A stretch of 64,000 bases of DNA from a virus. The stretch is from positions 26,421-90,420 of the IMG/VR virus record IMGVR_UViG_3300008110_000166; one strand, written 5' to 3'. Under the pieces are notes generated by a model. The model ran no database searches. It was not told where the DNA came from and worked only from the letters and a program-made list of their open reading frames with translations. Positions 1 through 8,268 of this stretch are shown here, piece after piece (position 1 is the stretch's first letter; every line of letters begins with the position of its first letter). A program made the position numbers and the translations under genes.

Positions 1-144
1 TTCCTCGGTGGCCGCGTCATCCTCGGCTGCCTCACCCTCTGCTGCTGCTTCAAGCCACAAGTCCTCGTAGACCTGATTGGTTTCCCAAGTTTCAAGGTCG
101 TTCTCGTACTGGCCGTATTCATCGTTGTCGTAGTAGTCATCCAT
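1..144 (-). CDS. acidic early protein, truncated at window edge (MDDYYDNDEYGQYENDLETWE...)
   Basis: Open frame from ATG at 144 to the window start; ATG lies 7 nt downstream of the -10 box of the promoter at 152-180. Confidence 0.7.
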   Translation of the reverse strand, partial: MDDYYDNDEYGQYENDLETWETNQVYEDLWLEAAAEGEAAEDDAATEE

Positions 145-151
145 AACTAAG

Positions 152-180
152 ACATTACGGGCCGCGCAGGGCAGATACTA
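152..180 (-). promoter_or_regulatory. early promoter family copy
   Basis: TAGTAT-ctgccctgcgcggcccg-TAATGT, 17-bp spacer. Confidence 0.75.
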
Positions 181-301
181 AACGTGGAGATGGGTGTGCA
201 CGCAGCCCCGGTTCCGCGGTTGACCGGGTCGCAATGACGGGGCTCACGAGATGAAGAATAATTTGGAACGCGCTGCCGATTTCTATTTGAGCAGATACGC
301 G

Positions 302-333
302 AAAAAGCCCACCACACACTCGGTGCGGTGGGC
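302..333 (-). terminator. intrinsic terminator
   Basis: AGCCCACC..GGTGGGCT hairpin followed by TTTT on the minus strand, just after the gene at 351-620. Confidence 0.6.
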
Positions 334-350
334 TCTCGCTGTGGACTCTG

Positions 351-620
351 TTATGGCCACACGACCGTGAAGCCATCTGCTACCTCGGTAATGTCGTACC
401 CCGGCGACTGCCAGCCGAAGTCGTACCCAAGGTAGCTGTAGTACTCGGCCTGCAAGCGAGCGTGTAGGCAAGCAATTTCTGCTTCCTGACGCGTTGCGTA
501 TGTGTACCACGCAACCTTACAGCCTGACTCTGTCTTGATGGGCTTTGGACACGGTGGCAACTCTGCCTTGACACGCTCGTACTCTGTGCGAACGGCCTTG
601 TCCTGTGCATCTATAGTCAT
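351..620 (-). CDS. hypothetical early protein
   Basis: ORF with G/A-rich RBS, downstream of promoter 653-681. Confidence 0.7.
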   Translation of the reverse strand: MTIDAQDKAVRTEYERVKAELPPCPKPIKTESGCKVAWYTYATRQEAEIACLHARLQAEYYSYLGYDFGWQSPGYDITEVADGFTVVWP

Positions 621-652
621 ATAATTCACCCCCTCTCCCTTCCTCACTTGTA

Positions 653-681
653 ACACTACAGAACCCGCAAGTCAGATACAA
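653..681 (-). promoter_or_regulatory. early promoter family copy
   Basis: TTGTAT-ctgacttgcgggttctg-TAGTGT. Confidence 0.8.
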
Positions 682-815
682 AATCAGTTTCTATAGCCCC
701 GTTGCTGCAAATCAATTTCGCTGCCGATTGTTGTTTGTTTGTAGTAGTACTTCAGTTTGCTGGCCGTGGATTCTGTTGCCAAGCCCCACGCGGCTCCGTT
801 TGTTAGACAGTATGG

Positions 816-1016
816 CTATGAGTCCGAACACATCCCGTCCCCATCAATCGCCCAAGCGTCGATGAGTCGAGCACCGTTCTCACGGGCGACTTCGCGTCCG
901 AATGCCTTCGCTGCCTTTGTGGCAGCAGCATCGCTTGCGAACTCGTCACCGTAGGACTCTGTCCACTCAGCGCCTTTCGGGCCGTTGAGCAGAGCACAAA
1001 CCGTGTATTCCTTCAC
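816..1016 (-). CDS. hypothetical early protein
   Basis: ORF with GAAGGGGGTG RBS, downstream of promoter 1070-1098. Confidence 0.65.
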   Translation of the reverse strand: MKEYTVCALLNGPKGAEWTESYGDEFASDAAATKAAKAFGREVARENGARLIDAWAIDGDGMCSDS

Positions 1017-1069
1017 TTATTCACCCCCTTCCAAGAAGTGTGGTTCGAGCGGTTCTCGAACGCATTTAC

Positions 1070-1098
1070 ATCTTACGAAACGCACAGGCCAGATACAA
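1070..1098 (-). promoter_or_regulatory. early promoter family copy
   Basis: TTGTAT-ctggcctgtgcgtttcg-TAAGAT. Confidence 0.8.
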
Positions 1099-1139
1099 AG
1101 TGGTGGTTTCTGTTGCCAAGTACCACCCAACTCCGTTTG

Positions 1140-1364
1140 TTAGACGGTTTGGTTCTCCCACAGACCTCGCGTCTTGTGTCCCACCAATGGATACTCATGA
1201 TTGAGGTATCCGATTGGGTAGTCCGCAGCGTAGCGATTGGTAGCAATGAAGGTTGCCATATCAATGCCGCAACGCTTGAGGTCACGCATGACAGAAGTCA
1301 GCAGGTGTGGCTTTATCACACGCTGACGAATCATCTGTCCATCGTGGAACTGAATAATCATCAT
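1140..1364 (-). CDS. hypothetical early protein
   Basis: ORF after the duplicated leader/RBS. Confidence 0.6.
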   Translation of the reverse strand: MMIIQFHDGQMIRQRVIKPHLLTSVMRDLKRCGIDMATFIATNRYAADYPIGYLNHEYPLVGHKTRGLWENQTV

Positions 1365-1421
1365 ATTTTTCACCCCCTTCCCAAGAAGTGTGTTTCAGGA
1401 ACGGTTCCCGAACGCAGTATC

Positions 1422-1450
1422 ACCTTATGAAACACGCAGGCCAGATACCA
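1422..1450 (-). promoter_or_regulatory. early promoter family copy
   Basis: TGGTAT-ctggcctgcgtgtttca-TAAGGT. Confidence 0.75.
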
Positions 1451-1569
1451 ATACCAAAAGAGCTGCGGCCGCATCAACAGCGAAGCCCCGATACTCCGCT
1501 CATGACGCGGGGCTCCTGGAAAAAATTAGGGGGTGTAACAAGGTTTCCCCTGCTACACCCCCTCGGGGG

Positions 1570-1869
1570 TTACTTGGCGAGAGCCCGCTCCATTACTGAA
1601 GTCATTGGCACTGGTTCGCCGTAGGTCTGTTCGTAAATTGCCATCAGAGCCTTCATTGCGCCCTTCTTGCTTCGGACAGTCACTCCGTACTGCTCTGCTA
1701 CTCGCGAGAGTGGGTAGCGCAACGTACGGCACTTGTGGACAATTTCCATTGAGTATGACGAGATGAGCAAGTGAAGCCTGTATCGCTCAATTGCTTCGCC
1801 CTCAAGGCAAATCATTCCTGTCTCTGTTACTTCGGTTCCGTTGATTACTTCTTGCATTTTTGGGTTCAT
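1570..1869 (-). CDS. hypothetical early protein
   Basis: ORF with GAAGGAGGGG RBS; hairpin terminator at about 1520-1563. Confidence 0.7.
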   Translation of the reverse strand: MNPKMQEVINGTEVTETGMICLEGEAIERYRLHLLISSYSMEIVHKCRTLRYPLSRVAEQYGVTVRSKKGAMKALMAIYEQTYGEPVPMTSVMERALAK

Positions 1870-1892
1870 TGGTGTCCCCTCCTTCACTTACT

Positions 1893-1921
1893 ACGTTACG
1901 GCACGCACAGGACAGATACAA
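1893..1921 (-). promoter_or_regulatory. early promoter family copy
   Basis: TTGTAT-ctgtcctgtgcgtgccg-TAACGT. Confidence 0.8.
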
Positions 1922-2070
1922 AGGTGACCGAACGTGTGTTCGCATAGCCCCGGGTCTCAAGAGGTACAGCGGGGCTTGGCCGCGAAAGAGCCCGTACCCT
2001 ATCTCAACGTCGGCAGTGAAGGAAGGGAAGGGGTTGCCAACGGAGACTGGATACGGGCTATCGCCGTGGA

Positions 2071-2337
2071 CTACTCGTAATCTGAATAATCCTCGTTCTC
2101 GTCTAGGAATGACGACAGATGAAGGCCGTCAATAATCCCAGAGACTGTCTTAGTAATTCCGTTCGGCATAACAATTTCAGTGTGCCAGTCTCCCTGATTA
2201 GCAAGCGAGATGGCCTGACGTGCTATCGGCAGGAATACTGGGTGAACTGCTGGATAGTGATTAGTTGCCAAGTGCCAACGGAGTGCTACGTCCGTATCGG
2301 CATTGGCCACCATTTCTTCTGCGCTCATTCTGCCCAT
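2071..2337 (-). CDS. hypothetical early protein
   Basis: ORF coupled to the upstream gene by a TAATG overlap. Confidence 0.7.
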   Translation of the reverse strand: MGRMSAEEMVANADTDVALRWHLATNHYPAVHPVFLPIARQAISLANQGDWHTEIVMPNGITKTVSGIIDGLHLSSFLDENEDYSDYE

Positions 2338-2603
2338 TAGATTGCTCCCTCGTTCGCCATCATTTCTGCGAAGTGTCCAACAAACGTTGGCGCACTTACT
2401 GCGTTGTAATGGTCTGCGATAGCGCAAGCCTGACTGAATGAGAGACAGGGCAGGTCAAACGTCAAACTGTCTGAACTGTCTCCAGTTGGTGAACTGAAGT
2501 ACAGACGTACTGACCATTCCGTGTTCACTCCGTAGAGCGACATTGATAATTTCTGAACTTGTGCGACTAGCACAGTTCCCTTTATTGCGACTTGGGTAGT
2601 CAT
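2337..2603 (-). CDS. hypothetical early protein
   Basis: ORF with GAAGGGAA RBS. Confidence 0.65.
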   Translation of the reverse strand: MTTQVAIKGTVLVAQVQKLSMSLYGVNTEWSVRLYFSSPTGDSSDSLTFDLPCLSFSQACAIADHYNAVSAPTFVGHFAEMMANEGAI

Positions 2604-2640
2604 TTCATTCCCTTCGTGTAGTTGAGTAGTTGTTCTTGGA

Positions 2641-2722
2641 GTTCAGATGGGAGAGCCTGTCGGGAGACTTTGGTAATCTCCCAATTAGCGTTATGGGACA
2701 CTCTTCAGTCTCCCACCTGAAC
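2641..2722 (-). ncRNA. candidate structured leader or small RNA
   Basis: 14-bp closing stem GUUCAGGUGGGAGA/UCUCCCAUCUGAAC plus internal hairpins, starting at the predicted TSS of promoter 2730-2758. Confidence 0.45.
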
Positions 2723-2729
2723 GATTATT

Positions 2730-2758
2730 ACTTTACAGTTTGCACAGGACAGATACTA
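2730..2758 (-). promoter_or_regulatory. early promoter family copy
   Basis: TAGTAT-ctgtcctgtgcaaactg-TAAAGT. Confidence 0.75.
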
Positions 2759-2772
2759 AGTAACCGCCAGTG

Positions 2773-3054
2773 TTACGCTCCGCTCATATTGCCAAGCGTT
2801 CCGCACCTGAATATTTCTTGACGGGTCATTCCTGATATGTCGTTGAGTTCGCCACTCATCAGGTTCTCAATGTGGAGCAACTGCTCTTCTTCTATGTAGT
2901 CGCCCCACTCGTCAAGTCGTGGACGACGACGACCTAAGTTCAGTGGACGACCGACGTCCACAAACTCGTCAAACTCTTCGCTATCGGAGTAGGCGAGTAG
3001 GTACGGCAGTGGCTTGCTCTTTGGCTTGTAGTTCCTTCTTTGCGTAATTCCCAT
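2773..3054 (-). CDS. hypothetical early protein (leaderless)
   Basis: ATG 6 nt after the -10 box TATTAT. Confidence 0.65.
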   Translation of the reverse strand: MGITQRRNYKPKSKPLPYLLAYSDSEEFDEFVDVGRPLNLGRRRPRLDEWGDYIEEEQLLHIENLMSGELNDISGMTRQEIFRCGTLGNMSGA

Positions 3055-3060
3055 ATTCCA

Positions 3061-3089
3061 ATAATACTAGACACACAGGACAAACACAA
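3061..3089 (-). promoter_or_regulatory. early promoter family copy
   Basis: TTGTGT-ttgtcctgtgtgtctag-TATTAT. Confidence 0.75.
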
Positions 3090-3190
3090 ACCGCGGTAGT
3101 AGAGCCCCGCAGCCGAGTTTGTACGGTGGGACGGCTGGCGGGGCTTACAAACAAGAGAAGCGACCCGAGTTGGGCCGCTTCCCGAGTTGG

Positions 3191-3412
3191 TTAGAACCAG
3201 TCGGTTGCTTCGAACGGCTTCTCGTTCGGTTCGCGGAGTGCTTGGCGCCATCCGTCGTGTCCGTTGAAGAAGTACGTCCCTTGGTAATCACCGATGAGCG
3301 CTCCAAGAGCGTCATCGACTCCATCCGCGTCGGCCGCGTCGAGTGCTTGGAGCACCACGGTGACCGCCTTTCGGATTTCCTCGAGGGCTTTCTGCCCAGC
3401 CGTTATGTTCAT
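3191..3412 (-). CDS. hypothetical early protein
   Basis: Start moved to MNITAG after the GAAGGGAAAG RBS; the upstream extension overlaps the promoter. Confidence 0.65.
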   Translation of the reverse strand: MNITAGQKALEEIRKAVTVVLQALDAADADGVDDALGALIGDYQGTYFFNGHDGWRQALREPNEKPFEATDWF

Positions 3413-3458
3413 TTCTTTCCCTTCCGAATGTTCCACGTGGAACATTTCCTCACCATCA

Positions 3459-3487
3459 AACTTAGTGTCCCCGCAGGACAGATACCA
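3459..3487 (-). promoter_or_regulatory. early promoter family copy
   Basis: TGGTAT-ctgtcctgcggggacac-TAAGTT. Confidence 0.75.
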
Positions 3488-3576
3488 AATAGCCCCGCAG
3501 CCCGGAATGTCGTCAACACCGGTGGCGGGGCTCATGAAACAAGCAACCACCCGTGAGTGGTTACCTGTCCGAGTGT

Positions 3577-3795
3577 CTACTCCTCTTCCGAGAAGAAGAC
3601 AGCCCGAGCGGTCGGCGAGTACTTCTTGACCATCGTGTCCATGAATTCCATGAACGTGTCGGTCTCTTCAGACCACTCGCAGAAGTCAATGAGTTGCTCG
3701 GGGGTAATCCCGTCCTTCGCGCAGTTGTCAAAGACTTCCATTTGGATAATCTTCATCAACACTGCTTTCATCAGGTCTTCACCGTTGAATTCCAT
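3577..3795 (-). CDS. hypothetical early protein
   Basis: ORF with GAAGGGAGG RBS. Confidence 0.7.
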   Translation of the reverse strand: MEFNGEDLMKAVLMKIIQMEVFDNCAKDGITPEQLIDFCEWSEETDTFMEFMDTMVKKYSPTARAVFFSEEE

Positions 3796-3815
3796 ATTCC
3801 CTCCCTTCACTATCA

Positions 3816-3844
3816 ATGGTACATACAGCGCAGGACAGATACAA
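3816..3844 (-). promoter_or_regulatory. early promoter family copy
   Basis: TTGTAT-ctgtcctgcgctgtatg-TACCAT. Confidence 0.8.
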
Positions 3845-3937
3845 AGTCCGCCACGCTAGCCCCGCGAGTCAAACCACCCCCCGGGGCTTTGCAGAGAAAG
3901 AATGCTACCCGAAGGCAGCACTCTCTCTACTTACTGA

Positions 3938-4348
3938 TTAGCAACCAGCAAGACGCTCGTAGTACGAGCACATAGCGTCGTCATACGCGCTCTGGCGGTA
4001 ATCGGCGAGATACTCGCGAGCCTCGTCAGTAAGGCAGTCCTCGTCCAACTCGCGCACCTTGCCCGCGCCGTGGCAAACCTCGCAAGGCTCGTCAAAGCGA
4101 CCAGAGAGGTAGTCCTCTTGGAACTCCTCGTCCAACTCGTCCCAGCGTTCAGACGAATACGTACCAAAGCGGCGTGAATGACCGCCGTCGCCGTGGCAGT
4201 AGTCGCAGATAGCCCACACGAAGCGCAGAGCGAACGAGGCGATTTGCTCGTCCTTCATCGCGTCCACGAGGACACGAGCCTCCTCAGCCTCAGCGCACGC
4301 GATATCGCTCGCGTAGCGGTCGCGCAACCCGTCATAGTCAATGTTCAT
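3938..4348 (-). CDS. hypothetical protein with two CxxCxGxG zinc-binding motifs
   Basis: CDYCHGDG and CEVCHGAG; AAGGAGGGG RBS. Confidence 0.75.
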   Translation of the reverse strand: MNIDYDGLRDRYASDIACAEAEEARVLVDAMKDEQIASFALRFVWAICDYCHGDGGHSRRFGTYSSERWDELDEEFQEDYLSGRFDEPCEVCHGAGKVRELDEDCLTDEAREYLADYRQSAYDDAMCSYYERLAGC

Positions 4349-4381
4349 AAATACCCCTCCTTTGGGAATATGGTCAAGACC

Positions 4382-4410
4382 AGCCTAGTAATGGGACAGC
4401 ACAGATACAA
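4382..4410 (-). promoter_or_regulatory. early promoter family copy
   Basis: TTGTAT-ctgtgctgtcccattac-TAGGCT. Confidence 0.75.
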
Positions 4411-4521
4411 AGCGAAAGACCAGCTCGGAAACAACCTGGCTCTTTGTAAACCTTGTTATACCCCTTTGTTCAGCGCAAGCCCCGTTGGTTGGTCCGCGCA
4501 GCGGGGCTTTCCTAAAGAAAT

Positions 4522-4557
4522 AGGCGGTGCGAGTGGAAGGGTTACTCGCACCGCCTC
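4522..4557 (-). terminator. hairpin terminator
   Basis: AGGCGGTGCGAGT..ACTCGCACCGCCT stem followed by ATTTCTTT on the minus strand. Confidence 0.65.
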
Positions 4558-4596
4558 TTACCGAGCCTAAATGGAGAAAGGCTACAAGGTAAGTTC

Positions 4597-4908
4597 TTAG
4601 CAATCCTCAAACACTTCACCGCCATCAGTAATGCGGAGATTGCAGTCGTTATTTCGTGGCAGGAATACTTGCTGACCGACCACAAGATTAGTTCCGTATG
4701 TATCTACAGCGTCATCAAGTGCTTCGCCAAGATTGCCATCACAGTTGCGAGTTACGAGGTCAAACAGAGTTATCCCATCACTGACGATAATCGGGCGACT
4801 ATCGCAGATATATGCGTCTATCGCCTTCTCTGTCTGTAGGTAGAACATCGCCGATATTGACAGAGCAATCCCAACGAGAATACCAAGCAAGATATTTTGA
4901 GTTTTCAT
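4597..4908 (-). CDS. membrane-anchored LysM-like protein
   Basis: N-terminal hydrophobic helix, then IVSDGITLFDLV...YGTNLVVGQQVFLP (LysM-like); resembles 13044-13295. Confidence 0.6.
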   Translation of the reverse strand: MKTQNILLGILVGIALSISAMFYLQTEKAIDAYICDSRPIIVSDGITLFDLVTRNCDGNLGEALDDAVDTYGTNLVVGQQVFLPRNNDCNLRITDGGEVFEDC

Positions 4909-4936
4909 ATTTTCCCTTCGCTTTTCCATACAGATA

Positions 4937-4965
4937 ATCGTATCCGTCACACAGGACGGATACAA
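4937..4965 (-). promoter_or_regulatory. early promoter family copy
   Basis: TTGTAT-ccgtcctgtgtgacgga-TACGAT. Confidence 0.8.
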
Positions 4966-5099
4966 AACTTACTTTTTTCGAAGTACAGAGCGTACGTAGG
5001 CGAACACAAGCCCCGCAACGAAACCAATCAACATTCCTTGGTAGTAAGCAATAATGCGCATAATCACAAGATACCAGCCTCGGCCTATTTCCGTTCGGA

Positions 5100-5654
5100 C
5101 TACTCGCAGTACGAAATATTCCAGTCCACGACTGTCCCGAAGGCCTTGTACGGTTGGAACTGTGCTCGCTGTGAGTCGGACATTTCTGCGAGTGGCGTGA
5201 ACTCTGCCCGTGTGAAACGAACCGACTGAAAGCCTTTCGCGTTGCGGTGGCCATTGCGAACTGGAATCGTCACCTCGCGCTCGGGTGTGAGTACCCCGTA
5301 TCCCGCGCGACCCATCTCCATACGCGACCAAACTTGCGTGTACGAAGTGAGCGGTGAGTATGAGCAATCGCCGTTCGCGTGTTCCTTGTAGCCCGCGACC
5401 CATTGCCTGTGCTCGCTACGCGCAACCCATACGAAACGCTTCTCGCGCTTACTCCACACGCTCTCCTCGTACTGGAATACGAACAGGCCAGTCGTGTTTT
5501 CGTCGTAGGCCGTGTTAGCCCACACCTCAACTTCGTCAAGCCAAGCGGAATCGTGCTCGCGTCGTGTAGGGCAGTCCGCGTACCACGGAAGGCCACTCGG
5601 GTTCGGGTTGGGTGTACGCGTCGGCATCTCGCCTCGCATCAGGGAATGTGTCAT
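5100..5654 (-). CDS. hypothetical early protein (leaderless)
   Basis: ATG 7 nt after the -10 box of promoter 5662-5690. Confidence 0.65.
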   Translation of the reverse strand: MTHSLMRGEMPTRTPNPNPSGLPWYADCPTRREHDSAWLDEVEVWANTAYDENTTGLFVFQYEESVWSKREKRFVWVARSEHRQWVAGYKEHANGDCSYSPLTSYTQVWSRMEMGRAGYGVLTPEREVTIPVRNGHRNAKGFQSVRFTRAEFTPLAEMSDSQRAQFQPYKAFGTVVDWNISYCE

Positions 5655-5661
5655 ACAAACA

Positions 5662-5690
5662 AGATTACAGAGAACACAGGACAGAAACAA
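5662..5690 (-). promoter_or_regulatory. early promoter family copy
   Basis: TTGTTT-ctgtcctgtgttctctg-TAATCT. Confidence 0.75.
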
Positions 5691-5721
5691 AGGCCGCGCT
5701 GTCGCGCGAAGAGGCCGGGGC

Positions 5722-5916
5722 TTAGAACAGACTGTCTTGCTTGGGGGCCGTAGTGCAGAAACTATGTTTGTATTTCCATAGTTCATTCTCAACAGACACA
5801 ACTGTCTTGCCACTACTTTTCAGCCACACTTCAGCAAGCCTCATTGACGTACTTGCGCTTGGGTGTATTTCGTTATTACAGATACAACACGTGTATAGAG
5901 GTGGCATTGATGACAT
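5722..5916 (-). CDS. small putative Zn-binding protein
   Basis: CCIC...HSFC motif. Confidence 0.6.
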   Translation of the reverse strand: MSSMPPLYTCCICNNEIHPSASTSMRLAEVWLKSSGKTVVSVENELWKYKHSFCTTAPKQDSLF

Positions 5917-5928
5917 ACTCGAATCGTA

Positions 5929-6168
5929 TCAGCCTGTAAAGTCAGTTCCGTAATCGTCTTTAGATGGATTGTAGAAGTCGTCGTGAGTGCGCTCAATGTC
6001 AGTCCGACGCAGTGGCACTATCCAAAAGTATCCACGAGTTTGTTCGGGTTGTTTGTCTATCCAAGCTTGAGCCCCGGCACCTTTCTCAAACGGACCATAG
6101 AAGCGGGTAGCACCCATTGGTTGAGAGAGCGAGACAACACACGCCCCTATGTCGCCCAGTTCTACCAC
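5929..6168 (-). CDS. hypothetical protein
   Basis: ORF in a tight minus-strand operon. Confidence 0.6.
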   Translation of the reverse strand: MVELGDIGACVVSLSQPMGATRFYGPFEKGAGAQAWIDKQPEQTRGYFWIVPLRRTDIERTHDDFYNPSKDDYGTDFTG

Positions 6169-6374
6169 AGCGACATTGACGCATCTACCATCTCGTAGAA
6201 GTGAGCGTCACAGATGGTTGTGTGAGTTCCGTTCACTCGGCGTACTTCATTGTTGCCACCACACTCAACGCCGTGAGCGTGAGTGAACTGGCAAGTTTCG
6301 GTGTTCGTGGTGTTCTCCATAAGGTAAGAGTACAGGTCACGCAAGTCAGATACCAACTTGCTTATTAGTACCAC
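6162..6374 (-). CDS. small Cys/His protein
   Basis: ORF in operon; the true start may be the internal MENTTN. Confidence 0.45.
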   Translation of the reverse strand: MVLISKLVSDLRDLYSYLMENTTNTETCQFTHAHGVECGGNNEVRRVNGTHTTICDAHFYEMVDASMSLW

Positions 6375-6721
6375 TCACTCCATTCGTCTTCCTCTTCGTC
6401 TTCATCTTGCTCTTCACCTGCGCCCTGCGGAATCAGCGTGGTGAATCCTTCGTTCGGGTCTTCGTTGTTTGTCTCAACTGCCGAGATGAATCGCAAGCCA
6501 CACGACTCGTGCCACCAAGCGTGAAGTTTCGCCAACATCTCTTCAGGCGTTCCCGTGAAGATGTCAGGTGCGTAGTTCTCCCTGAACCAACGCTCTTGAC
6601 CTGCGTCCATCGCAAGGTAAATCTTGTGGCACGTGTCCCAAGCGATAAGGCGAGCGTCTTTGACTGCCACCTCAACATTGTTCCAGTATTTCTCCATTGT
6701 GTCCATTTTGTTCTCCTCCAT
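6365..6721 (-). CDS. hypothetical phage protein with acidic tail
   Basis: AWDTCHKIYL...WWHESCGLRFI; leaderless start 7 nt after the -10 box. Confidence 0.75.
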   Translation of the reverse strand: MEENKMDTMEKYWNNVEVAVKDARLIAWDTCHKIYLAMDAGQERWFRENYAPDIFTGTPEEMLAKLHAWWHESCGLRFISAVETNNEDPNEGFTTLIPQGAGEEQDEDEEEDEWSEWY

Positions 6722-6728
6722 ATCTAAG

Positions 6729-6757
6729 AGGTTACTTGGCGCACAGGTCAGATACAA
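6729..6757 (-). promoter_or_regulatory. early promoter family copy
   Basis: TTGTAT-ctgacctgtgcgccaag-TAACCT. Confidence 0.8.
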
Positions 6758-6869
6758 AGACCCGTGCCGGGGCTTATGGGTTACTATTTATGGGTGGCTG
6801 ACGAAAAGAAAAAGAAAAAAGACAAACCAGCAAAGGTCAAGCGCAAAGAGCGTAGACCGAGTTGCTGTC

Positions 6870-7085
6870 CTATTCGTTAGACCAGCGAGCCTCTACCCAT
6901 TCGTGAAGTTTCGGCGGGCAATTGTCTCTATGAAAAGGGTCAAGCATTGTTCCGTTCAGTGCTCTCGCAATAGACGGCTTCACTTCATCTAAATAGTTGT
7001 AATAAATCTGCCCGTATCTCATTGTTTCGTCGTGGCGAAGTTCGTACTTCAGCGCAACATCAGCAAGAAACTCTAGGTAATTCAT
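6870..7085 (-). CDS. hypothetical phage protein
   Basis: RYGQ..YN....DPF motif typical of small phage proteins; ATGA overlap. Confidence 0.7.
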   Translation of the reverse strand: MNYLEFLADVALKYELRHDETMRYGQIYYNYLDEVKPSIARALNGTMLDPFHRDNCPPKLHEWVEARWSNE

Positions 7086-7363
7086 ACCGCAACTTTATCT
7101 CGCTCACCACGAAGTAAGTACGAAGGCAATACGGCGTATCCAGCCATATGACGTTCTCTCTCCGTCTCTCCGCCCCACACTCCGTATTGTTCTTTATTCT
7201 TGCGTGCTATATCACGACACTGAATTGCTACTGGGCAAGTGCTACAAACTTTCTTGGCAAGTGCTTCACGCTTGTCTCGCCGTTCAGGTCGTTCGGCACT
7301 CTTCCCGTAAAAGATATAAGCCTTGCCGTGACAAGGTCGTGGTGTATCAAAGACGATGCTCAT
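7082..7363 (-). CDS. whiB: WhiB-family transcription factor (early copy)
   Basis: Four Cys (C..., CSTC, C) plus GVWGGETERER. Confidence 0.9.
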   Translation of the reverse strand: MSIVFDTPRPCHGKAYIFYGKSAERPERRDKREALAKKVCSTCPVAIQCRDIARKNKEQYGVWGGETERERHMAGYAVLPSYLLRGERDKVAV

Positions 7364-7728
7364 AGTGAGTACTCTACTAACGGCATAACAATAATCGGTG
7401 TTTGTTCACCAACCCACGCACCGACAACATTGAAGTCCACATACTCCATTGCTTCTTCATATTCCATTCCGTCACGCTCCATACAAACATTTATCAGTTT
7501 GTCGTAAGAATAGACAGCGAGTATTGGTTCGTTTATTCGTTGAGAGAAACCGATAAAGGCTTCATCAAACCCGTCCATCAGCAATGCGCTTTCACCCATT
7601 TCTTGTAATGCTTCATCTATTTGCGAGCGTGAAGGTTTTGTAGACATTTCTGTCCAACCATTCTTGTCGCCTATTTCTTTCCAATGTTCGTAGGTGTTAC
7701 CAACGAATATGTCTTTCGCTTCGCCCAT
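7360..7728 (-). CDS. conserved phage hypothetical protein
   Basis: DGFDEAFIG...AVYS...EEAMEYVDFNVVGAWVGEQTP family motif. Confidence 0.75.
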   Translation of the reverse strand: MGEAKDIFVGNTYEHWKEIGDKNGWTEMSTKPSRSQIDEALQEMGESALLMDGFDEAFIGFSQRINEPILAVYSYDKLINVCMERDGMEYEEAMEYVDFNVVGAWVGEQTPIIVMPLVEYSL

Positions 7729-7910
7729 TATGCCCTCTCTTGCGTAGTACTGATGAAGTAGTCCACGATAGCCTCTATTTCGCCACAAGCGGAACATATT
7801 TCAGTTTCGTTGTCACGTCGTGAGAGAGCCCCGGGGTAAGCCCCTGGCATTTCATTGTTTGGAATAAACCCATTGCAATTTGGGCAGATGTGGTCAATGC
7901 TCTTTTTCAT
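7728..7910 (-). CDS. small zinc-ribbon protein
   Basis: CPNC...ALSRRDNETEICSACG. Confidence 0.75.
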   Translation of the reverse strand: MKKSIDHICPNCNGFIPNNEMPGAYPGALSRRDNETEICSACGEIEAIVDYFISTTQERA

Positions 7911-8164
7911 TTGTCCTCGCAGTAGTAGAAGCGAATATCTCTGTAGAAGTCTTGAGAGATGTTGGTGATGTCATACACAGCGTCACACCTTGCGCACCAG
8001 TAATGCGCCCGTGTCCACTCTGATGCGACTGGCTCACACTCTGTCCATTTTCCATTTACGTTTTTACACGGATAGAAACCGTCGTAATGCGGTGCGTTGC
8101 CACACGAACATTCCAACCAGTCCTCGCTAGCGAGTATCGCCGTGCTTCGTTCTTGTGTTTTCAT
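7907..8164 (-). CDS. small Cys-rich protein (leaderless)
   Basis: CSCGN...GFYPC...CARC; ATG 7 nt after the -10 box. Confidence 0.7.
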   Translation of the reverse strand: MKTQERSTAILASEDWLECSCGNAPHYDGFYPCKNVNGKWTECEPVASEWTRAHYWCARCDAVYDITNISQDFYRDIRFYYCEDK

Positions 8165-8171
8165 ACCCACG

Positions 8172-8200
8172 ACAGTACAGATAACGCAGGTCAGATACAA
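8172..8200 (-). promoter_or_regulatory. early promoter family copy (divergent pair, left)
   Basis: TTGTAT-ctgacctgcgttatctg-TACTGT. Confidence 0.8.
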
Positions 8201-8232
8201 CGCTACGCCGAGCGGGGCTCTTGTACGGGCTT

Positions 8233-8261
8233 TAGTATCTGTCCTGTGCCCCCTGTATCGT
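8233..8261 (+). promoter_or_regulatory. early promoter family copy (divergent pair, right)
   Basis: TAGTAT-ctgtcctgtgccccctg-TATCGT on the plus strand. Confidence 0.75.
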
Positions 8262-8268
8262 TTGATGT

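Larger units (their letters stand above)
1021..1450. repeat. imperfect ~80-bp direct repeat (1021-1100 vs 1370-1450) covering promoter, leader and RBS
   Basis: CACCCCCTTC(C)CAAGAAGTGTG..TTC....CGGTTCYCGAACGCA...GAAAC.C.CAGGCCAGATAC in both copies. Confidence 0.8.

Noticed and set aside
2641-2722. Hammerhead ribozyme (CUGAAGA after a stem)
   Set aside because: The required GAAA strand and stem III/UH cleavage site are absent
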